Part shown: positions 42,199 to 52,526 of the stretch, piece after piece | Numbering within the stretch: the stretch's first letter is position 1 | How the letters are laid out: each line of letters begins with the position of its first letter | DNA from: Auanema rhodensis | Taxonomy: Eukaryota > Animalia > Nematoda | Direction: 5' to 3' | DNA: 64,000 bases | NCBI GenBank assembly: GCA_964057225.1 | Contig: OZ059896.1 | Coordinates: forward strand, 14,198,001-14,262,000 | The notes under the pieces: generated by a model | Database searches by the model: none | What the model saw: only the letters and a program-made list of their open reading frames with translations | What the model was told of the DNA's origin: nothing | Program-made: the position numbers and the translations under genes

Positions 42199-43798
42199 TT
42201 CTTATTTTGAACTTTTCAATTTAAAAGTTAAATAACTATTCAATAGATGTTATTTTATTTTACATTATCAGATAGTTTATAGCTCATACATCAAAACTAT
42301 TATATGGATAAAATGTATTTACTTCATTTCTCTCTCTCTCTCTTTTCCCGCTTTTTTAATTTTTCTACTCACGTTCTTTTCCTTTTCTCTCTTTCTTACT
42401 TTCCCATATTCTTTCTATTTTTCTCTTAATATCACTCTATTTCCCTCTATCTCTCTATCTATTTCTCTCCATTTTTTCATGAATTGATTGAAATTGAACA
42501 GAATTATCGAAGTATTTCCATCTCTCTCTATATATACATATACATACATATATAGAGACACATGTATGTACATGCATACATATACTCTCACACTTTGTCT
42601 AACTAGTCAACGTGTTCTCGTTATACCTTCGAACCTAAATACACAAAGTTTCCAATAAAAATTAAAAAAAGCTTTTCTTCAATCTCAGATTTTCAACATT
42701 TTCTCTCCAAAATGTTCTTCCTATTCCTTCTCTTACTTTTCATCAATTTTATTATCAAACCAAAATTCTCTCTCGCTTCTTTTCTTTCTAATCTCCAATA
42801 CATCCAAAGTCGATTTTCCAAATTTGGGTGTGGCAGCCCGGATATCCGTACGCTTTTCGCGTATATTCAATGAGTTAAGAAAGAATCTAAACACAACACT
42901 CATTTTTCTCAATACTTTTTTTATTTTTCAAATGAGAACATACATAGACGTTCACCCTTTCCTACAACCTCCCCCCCCCCATTCTTCCTCTCTTTCTCTC
43001 CCTACTTCTCTTCTAACCTCCTTATCTAGTTCATGCACCCCCTCCCCTCCATGAGTCAGTAATTCCAAGAGCTCATTGCTCAATTGCTCTCTCTCAAGCA
43101 TTCTTATTGCTTTTTCAAGTATTTTCATAAAATAAATGTCTTATTTCTAGATTTATTTTTAATTATAAGAATAAGATAAAATAAGAAAATGAAAATGAAT
43201 ATAACTAACTATAACCATATAGTTTCATTCAAATATTTGTTTGTTAATATATTTATTTATTATTTTTATTTATTTTTCTCATATTTTTCTCAAACAGTTG
43301 TGAATTTAAGCACCTCTCACAAACAACAACTGCCCTTTCGTTTCATTTTTTGCTTCTTCTTCTTCTTCTTCAGGCTCTAAAATCTTGTTGTGTTCTCTCT
43401 AATTTTCTCAGTAATTTTAACAGAAATTCACTTTATTCTCAATTTTTCTTATATTTATATTCACTATTTTATTGATTTTTTTTATAAAATTGATTTAAAT
43501 TTTACATTTTTTTTTGAAAAAAAATATGAATTTTTGATTTTATATATTCATATTTGGCAAATATGCTGAAAAGCTTCATATTTATTTGAAACAGAACGAT
43601 AGTTATCTCATTCCTTCATCATAATTTTCTCCATTTCTTCATCTCTCCCTCTCTTAGTTTATCGCTCTTCTTCTTCTTAAGCTCTCTAATGCTAATTCTC
43701 TCATATTGTCTTTCTTGTTCAATATGAGTTCGTTCTCATCTTATTTTCAGATCAAAGACACTATGAAGCCAATTTCATCTATGAATTACTTCCCCCCA

Positions 43799-43845
<47 letters not shown>

Positions 43846-45513
43846 ATTTCTCTTCTTCTCAATTCTGAAAATATTTCCAGCAATATCTATTCTCTCTATT
43901 TATATAATAGTTTTGTATTCAAGGAATATACATTCCTCTACATGTTCTTCAAATCCATGTAACATCCAGTCATTTTAATTTTTTTTTTCTGCTCAACACG
44001 AGACGTTGTTCCATTGTTGTTGAACTTCCTTTTTGTCACCTTTAGCGTTTTTTCCGTTCAATTTGCATCGTTCTTTCACCTTTATAACCTCCTCGTTCTC
44101 TCATCTAGAGCATGTTCTGATAATCAATGATCAGCACTTACTTAGCTTTTCTTCAGATATCACACCTGATTCTCTTTTTATTCAAAAATTCTCTGCACTT
44201 TTTCAGTTTAACACATGTTCTATATATTTAGTTTTTCTTAAAATTGATTATAATTTATATTATTTTCAAAATGAAAAATTTAAAAATATGTTTTTTCAAT
44301 CTTATAATCTGAGAAATTCTTTATTAATCTTTATATTACTTTTTCTATACATAGTAATGTATAGATTACATCTCAATTCCCCATCTTTTCAAAGATTTCA
44401 CCCTTCATTCTATTTTTTTGGTTTAAATTCTTCTTATCATCACTACAAGCTTATCATCTTGTAGCTTGTCGTCTTTTCACTTCTTTTCTTTTGAGCTCTC
44501 TCTATCTTTCTCTCTCCCTCTCTCTACCTTTAGAAACCGCAAACCAAAATTGAAATCATCTATCAATAACCAACTATTTCTTACATTTTTGAACTTTATT
44601 GTGTTTTATTTCAAATTTGCTCTCTTTATCTTCTAGAATCCCTTTAATCTTTTTTTCAATTTTTATGTTATCTTATTCTTTCTTTACTTTATATAGTATT
44701 TACTATATATATATAACTCTATTTCTAAACTATTCTTCAAAGCTCCAAGCAACATAATTTTGTTTTTTTTTTTCATTCAAATCAACTGTTTTCATAAGTT
44801 TTTTCTGTTGATTGTACTTGCGGATACAACTTGTAACTTGTATTGTGTGTATGTTTGTGCTTCGTTTGTCACATTCATGCATTATAAACCATCTACTCGT
44901 TCTCCCTCTTGGTACTCCCCCCTCCATCCCTCCCTCTCTCTCTCTTTTCTCTCTATAAATTTTTTTCTCGTTATCTCTAAGCTTCCACCATCCTTTTGTT
45001 CCATCGTTTTTTGAACATTTTTTTCCGTTCATTTTCTCAGGTTCATATGTTCCCTTCCCCCCTCCCCCACTTGTTGTATACACAGAAAAGAGATTTATTG
45101 AAATTTCAATCAAGAGATTTTTTATTTTTTCCAATGTTTTACTAACGAATATGGAATGAAAAGGTGGAGCAATAAAGAACAATAGAATTAAAGAAAAAAC
45201 GAATTTATAAAGAAATACGAAGATGGACTAAACAAATCCATTGGACATCTCCTTACACCACAAGCTTCAGGATCTACTTCATCTCCAGCCCATCCTACCC
45301 CTCTCAGCTGTCAACATCATCTACTAAACTTTACATGTATATTCTATCCGTTATATATCTTCTTTGAGCTTTTCCTTCTCATCTGCTTTCCTCCTGCAAT
45401 GATGTGTTGTATGTATGTGTATGTATGTGTGTCATCATCTTCATCATCAGAACTCATGTGTCCACCCATTTAGCTTTTTCTTGTCTTCTCTCTCTCTCTC
45501 TTTCTCTTTCTTA

Positions 45514-45545
<32 letters not shown>

Positions 45546-47595
45546 TTCATATTATCCGTTTTTTGTCCTTTTCCATACTCTTTTATCGAACTTTTTTATG
45601 AATTTTCCGCTCTTCTATATGCTTATCGATAGCTGTTTCTTTTCATTTTCTCAGTTAGAATCTGACGGCAATCACGTCTTTCTACTCTTGCTATCTCTCA
45701 CTCTCGTTCTCTGATTCTACTTTCTGATCAATCAATATGTGCTTTCTTCTCTTTGGATCACTACAACATAGCAGAACAACAGGCAACATTTCTCGTTTAA
45801 GCTGCATATCATCTTAATATTCCTTACGAAACCTTATGATTTGCTTTTTATGTTTCTGATTGGTTTAAAAGTTTTTTTTTCTGCGTAAAGTTTGTGATGA
45901 ACAAAGAAAATTATTTATATATATCTCAAGAATGTTATCTATTTGTTATAATTAACTAAAAATATTTTATTTATATTATTATTTGGAGATTGAACTAAAC
46001 GTACCATTTCATTGTATGTCTACTAAACTTGCGTTAAAGAACTTAAAATGAACGATAGAAGAAACGATGAATGAGATATATGAAGAGAAAAAGGTAAAGG
46101 GAGAGAAAGCGAGAGAGAGAGAGAATGAAAACAAATCATAGAGAGAGAAGGCCCCTTTCGCCTTTTGTTTACTCTGTCTTCGTCGCCTCTGTTCCGCGTT
46201 TGTCCTCCTCAACCCCCTCTCTCTCTTCTCTCTTTCTCTCTTTCTCTCTTCCTCTCTCATTCCTCGTTGAGTCTTTCTTCCTCCTTTCACCTACTCTCTC
46301 TTTTAATTCATGTAAAGAACTTACGTTAATTCTCCTTCATATTTTCTCAATGAGATATTGCGATACCTTCTGAATCCTTGCGCAACACACTCCATTCAGG
46401 ACCAATTACCTTTATATTTTTTTCTGTTTCTACTTTCTTTTTCCTGATGCTCGACAGCATTCGCTTCTCTTTCTTTGTCTCCTCCTTCTTCTTCAAACTG
46501 TTTGTCCTCGTTGAACTCATTCTTCAGTTGCCATTTCACTGTTATAGGAGAAGTTATTTGTTCTTTTTTAATTTCAACCCAGCGATTCTTTAAAGAAAAA
46601 AAAACAAAAAAATATGATAAATTGTCCATTTTCCTATATTTTGCTCATCCATTTTATATGAAATTCCCAAACTAAATTTCAGTTACTCCTTCAATTTGCT
46701 CTCGAAAGAAATCATATTTTTCTTCATTTTTATGTTTATTCCTTGATGCATCTGTCAATTTTTTGATATTATGAGGCTAAAAAGCGGACAAGCAGATCGT
46801 TTTCCTTAGTCAAGTCACAAATTGTTTACTAGCTATAAACACGAGAGTTTTTTTCAATTCTGCTTCTCTGTTTCTTTTAGTTTTTCCTTTTTTTTTCAAA
46901 GTTTTCTTCATCCTTTTTATTTATTCCTCTGACTGTGCCCCGCTCTTCAAACTTAATACGAATTAAATTCTTAAATATTATATTTTACTATATATTATAT
47001 TCAAAAATGTTTTTTATACTATTTTTCTTGTTATTTTTGATGAATCTTACTGAAATACATTCTATTCTTAATCAGCAAGTTATAGATTTATTCGCTTTTC
47101 CGCATACTTTACAACTAAAAATAGTTTTGAATGGCTATTACTAGTAGCCAGTACCAGAAAATAGTGAAGAGAGAGAGAGAGAGTGGTGCTTATACTTATC
47201 TCTCTAGCTTCTTCTACATCTTCTCGTTTACTGAATAACCAAATTAAACATATATCCACCACACATGGGAACAGTTTGTTCTTCTGTTTTTCTTCGTTTA
47301 CTTACTTATATGTATAAATGAATATACATATACATATATAAACAGATAAATATTTTTTATTCCAAAAAAAAAAAAAATTCAACCGATCTATAAGAGTCGT
47401 ACACTTAAAATGAATATTTCACGTAAATTTCACCCATCTTTCCTCTTCATATGCTAATTAGTATAAACTTAGCAATTACTTATATCATCATCTTCATCAT
47501 CATCAACTTTTAATCGTTTTCTTTCATTTTCTTGCAAATATTCTGAAATATCTTCATATTTTCATTCGAGATTTCAATTTTCATTATCATTTCAG

Positions 47596-50439
47596 AGTTA
47601 CTGCCGATTCGACGCCTACGTCGACTGGCGTTCTCTCGCCTGAAACTGAGCCTATCTACGATAACGTTGCTGAGGTAATAGATGAGACTTTACATGATAT
47701 TTCATTAATCAAACCTTGATTCAGGAACCAATATACGCTACTGTTGCTGACTCTTTTGCAGGATCTGATTCTCAAGAAAATAAAAACTCAGTTCGGCGTT
47801 CTTGGACAGTTAACACCTATCAAAACACTGTTACTCTCGGACACCGCAAGTATAAGGTATTATCTATACTTATTGATTTTTTACTCTAAAATACATAATT
47901 GTAGATGTTAGATGTGGATTATCATACAGCTAATGGCCATATTGCCAATGGATATGAGAAGTTCAATGGAGAAGAGAGTCAGGTTCTTCATGAATGGGAT
48001 CCACGTCCATTAGTTAACGCTCTCTATTCGGTTAATAATTTCATTGTAAATCATATTTAACATATTTTGTTTGAAGATTTCATATGAGCCACGTATGGAA
48101 ACTAAGAGAAATCGTTTCATTAACATGGAAGGACATGTTGAAGTCCCATCTGAAGAAACTAAAACCATTGCTGAATTGGAACGTGAATGGAAACAACAGT
48201 ATATGAGAACCAAAGAAGGACGTCTTCAAGTCTTCGTGGTAAGAATTTTTCAATTTTTCTTTGTAATATCTATCATTTTCATTTCAATCTTTTCTTTTTT
48301 AGTCTCACTGTGCTGAAGAATCACCTGTATTGGAATATGTTCTCTCCGGTTGTGATATTGATGCCAATCGTGATGAGAGAACTCTCTTGATTCAGGGAGG
48401 AACTAAAAAACTCAGTGTTCTTATTAGGTATATCATATATCATTTTTTCAAATCTTTTTCTCTTTAAATCTTAATTCTCTGGAGACATTTCTCTTCGGTG
48501 ATTTCCAAAATTCATCGTTGTTATGTGTTTTGGTCGAGAATCTTCTCATCTTTTATTCTTGTTTTTCTTGTTTTTTTTATCAAAAAAAGTTTGAAAGAAT
48601 TAAGAGAATTTAAAGCCAAAAACAAAATTATTTGTTTGTAATCTTGTTATTATAGAGTTCCATCCACTGTATTCGACAAATGGCGCCAAGCTATCATGTC
48701 CCATACAGCTTCATCAAAGATTGATGCTTATGTGAAGCCAATTCCACGTCCTCTTCCACATATTTCTAAGGTTCTCTTATTGTGTTATTTGTATTTTCCT
48801 TATATGAATCCTTTAAAGAGCACCGTCATCATTGAGCTTGGTTCATGCTCCATCCGAGGAGGAATCTTGAACCAACAACCATCATTGCCACAATCTTTCT
48901 TCCCAGCTATTGCTATCAAGACTGATGATGGCCGTTTGATTGTTGGAGCTGATGCATATGCTCCAGAGGTACAGAAATAGCTAACACAGATTTCAAGATC
49001 ATGTCTAATATGCAGATTCGTCACAATGGAGAATTCGTTCGACCAATTCAAGCTCATGACCCCGCCTTGGAACGATATACTTTGGACAAGGATGTAGTTA
49101 TAGCTTGCTTGAGAAAAGTTGTTGATGACTTGGGAGTTGATCCAGCTCGTAACCAAGTTCTTCTCTCCATTCCACAAAATATTCCAAATGTTCTCATTGG
49201 TGAACTCATCACTATTGCTCTGCAAGACATTAATTTCCAAGTGAGTTAGCATTGCTTGATCAAAACTCATTTGAGTCATGTTTCATGGCTTCTGCTCTTC
49301 TTTATTCCTAAAAAAATTTAATTCATTGTCTATAGGGTGCTGCTATTACTCGTCAGCCATCGCTCATTCTCTATGCTTATGATGTAACTACTGGAGTTGT
49401 CGTTGACATTGGTGATCGTTTGAATATTGTTCCAGTTATTGATGGTATTCAGATACAGTTGAAACATGTTTCTAATTACTCTTTTAGGTTATGTTGTTGA
49501 TTCTGCTATCTGCTCTATTCCATATGGAGCTATCCAAGTTCGTGAAGCTTTACGTTCCAACCTTTGCTCAAATAATAAGGGATTATACTCTTTCCAATCA
49601 CCTATTGAGAAGTTAATTCTCAGATATGTCATGGAACAGGTAAAAAAGTTTTTAAATTTCTTCTCAAAACTGAATTTTCAAATATTTTAGACCAGTTATG
49701 TTCCTGAGAATTGTGCTAAGGAAGAAGAAATGAAGAAGGATGAAGTCAATGTATCGTTGGAGCCTTTCAATCTTCCAGCCGGTACTCTCAACAATTTTAA
49801 CGTATGTATCAATATTCAAGCCTGTTTTACAACTTTAAAACTTTATAAATTTTGTTTTGTTAAGATTGATGGATCTCGTTTCACTTGTACAGAAGGATTA
49901 TTCAATCCTAAAAAATGGGGATTAGAAACTAAGGGTTTACACCAGCTTGTTCATGATGCTGTTCAACAAAGTCCTATTGATAGTCGTCGTAATCTTTATA
50001 GGTTTATAATTCTTTATTCATAAATTTTATAAAATATTTCAATTCAGAAATATATTCCTGGCTGGTGGGGCTTCTTTGTTGCCTGGCTTAGCTGAAAGAT
50101 TAGAACAAGAGCTTTCTAACATCGCTCTTAATTCAATTCATACTCAGGTGAGAACTTTTCAAAGTTTATTTGAAAGTTTATGAATTTTTTATGTTGGGAC
50201 CTTAAAGCATAAAACAACTTTACGACACTTTATATAGAATATATAATCTTGAAATATAACTATTATTCTCCAGAATGCTTTAATACATGTTTTTTTAGGT
50301 TCACATCTCCCCCTGGAGGTATAATGCCGCTTATTTGGGAGCCCAGATTGTGGCAACTTCAGCTACATTTGAAGATAGCTGTGTAACAAAAGAAAACCTT
50401 CCACAGTATTTGATTAATTTATCATCAGCACCATTCTAA
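47596..50439 (+). CDS. PH-like domain plus divergent actin-fold (actin-related) module, 14 exons, ~620 aa; resembles recalled C. elegans F42C5.9
   Basis: PH-like segment INMEGHVEV...WKQQYMRTKEGRLQVF...FDKWRQAIMSH. Actin-family motifs VIIELGSCSIRGG, LYAYDVTTGVVVDIGDRLNIVPVIDGYVV, SRFTCTEGLFNP, PIDSRRNLYRNIFLAGGASLLPGLAERLEQEL and RYNAAYLGAQIVA. Stop TAA 50437-50439. The first two exons contain no Met and start in phase 2. Confidence 0.92.
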
Positions 50440-51461
50440 GGAATATGCCATTTAATTCCTCAAATGATATTTTTTTCCTTTAGTGGTTCCATCTATTTTC
50501 ATATTTCTATTCTTGATCTTCTGGTCAATCATTCGTGCCCTTCCTTTCCCTTCACCATCTCTCTCTCTCTCTCACACACAGATTAATTTTCTATCGTCAT
50601 TTTTGAATCTGTATCATAACCTATATAGTATAGTTAAAAGCATACAAATTATAGTTAAAGATCAGCTATTTTAGAAAAATTTGAATTAGTTAACAACTAT
50701 ATAGTGAGTATACGGACAATATTTCATATGGTATCTTGATGTTAGTGACAATATTCTTTTTTTAATTTAAATATTGCATATGTATCAAGTACTATTAATA
50801 ATAATTTTTTTTAATTTAATTACTAAGTCGATTCCTGTTCTAGTTATATATATATATTATATTTCTTTTGTATAAAACAAAAAAAAACAAAGAATTTATA
50901 GTCAGTAATTAATGGCTGTCGAGAAACATTGTGATAAAAACATATTTAAAATTTTACTTAATGTTAGTATTGTATCAGAAATATTTAATAAAGTATATGG
51001 CTAAACAGTTAATATTTCCTTTTGTTTTTAATAAAATTAAATTTACAAAATAAAAATTTAGTTATTACAAACTTTAATTCAATCATCATCTATATAAATT
51101 ATACAGTTATGGAAATATAGTTAAAATTATTTAAAAAGTGGGACTCTCAGACATGTGGGCAGAATTGTCAATCTTCTGACCAACAAAAACTTTTTTTTAA
51201 ATAACAAGGTTTTTGATGAGTTGAGCATGGCTTTGGATGTGTAAATACCTGAAAGTGTAGACATGGAAAATACAGAGCATGGAAATTTGGCAAAAAGGTG
51301 ATCTAGACCCGACCGAATACATCTAATATACAACTTTAAAAATCTGTTAAAATTTTATGTGAAGCATTTTTTAACTTTATTTGTTTTTTTTTTAATTAAA
51401 AATAAATATTAATCAGATAGTTTTTGGAATATGATGGACGCTCATGATTATCTATATCTTG

Positions 51462-51517
51462 GGGGTACTGTATTAGATATACATTCGGCGGGGTACTGTA
51501 TTAGATATACAGTATCC
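51462..51517. repeat. Short direct repeat plus palindrome (possible MITE/minisatellite relic)
   Basis: GGGGTACTGTATTAGATATACA occurs twice. The second copy folds as TACTGTAT...ATACAGTA. Confidence 0.6.
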
Positions 51518-52526
51518 AGAAATCCCAGACAATGCGTATCCATGATTACGATATCCATATATTATCTGTTTTCTATTAAATTATATCTCGAAAAACTACT
51601 CGATGAATAGTTTTTTATGAATTTCATTCAAAAATTTAAATCTTTGGTTATTTTGAAATTATTTTTTTCAATTCAAAAAATATTTTGAGTTTTCATATCA
51701 TTTTTATCATTAATGTTAATGCTCTCTGTCTGTGTTCCAACTTAATAAGTTGCTAAGCTTATAAAAGTTTAAATGAAAGTAATATTTCAATATATATATA
51801 CGAAATTTATTTAATTCTTAGTTGGAAATAGATAAATGATGAAGTCACAAAAGATAATCACAGATTCGTCGCGGGTCTAAAGTTTGGATTCAAATCTCAA
51901 CTTTTCTTTTCATCGTCGTATATACAATATCACTGTTAACTATACTAAATATGCGTTTTTATAAATATGATATTAAATTTTTAAATTTTTAGAGGAAAGG
52001 ACAAAATCAATTTGAAATAAAACATTCAATAAGAACAGTAAAGAGGGATCTAAAACTGTTAAAATAGATTTTAAATATTATTGTTTATATTTTAAAAAGG
52101 TTATATGAAAATTGGATAGAGAAATGGAGGGAGAAAGAAAAACATAGAGAGATATAGGACACGAGAGAGAGAGATAGAGAGAGAGAGAAAGAGAGAGAAA
52201 AAGAGAGAAAGGGAAGGGATTTGAATTTTTTATGTTTGAAAAATATTTAATAAAGAAACATTGAACATTGATGGGTATAAGAGGTAACCTGTACATAAAC
52301 TGAGCACAAACAAAATTGGATGAAAAAACAATTCTCTCTTGTGTATACGGATTAAAACAATTTTTTTTCACTTTTTTTTATTTTATATTAAAATAATTTT
52401 TGAAAAAAATAATGATTAAGATTCATGCTATTAAAGATTTAAAAATATATTACAAAATTTAAAAAGAGCGAGAGAGAAATGGGGAATGTTGAATGACTGT
52501 GTCAACATCTTCAATCAGAATTCTTA

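Noticed and set aside
41721-46675. Many 60-167 aa ORFs rich in F/L/S or R/E
   Set aside because: They are translations of CT/GA microsatellites and pyrimidine tracts, with no splice-consistent or family signal. The same applies to similar ORFs at 5736-6192, 15277, 20010, 21295 and 58557-59063.
51214-51252. Box C (TGATGA) and box D (CTGA) pair suggesting a snoRNA
   Set aside because: The span is only ~39 nt, with no terminal stem or recognisable rRNA guide.
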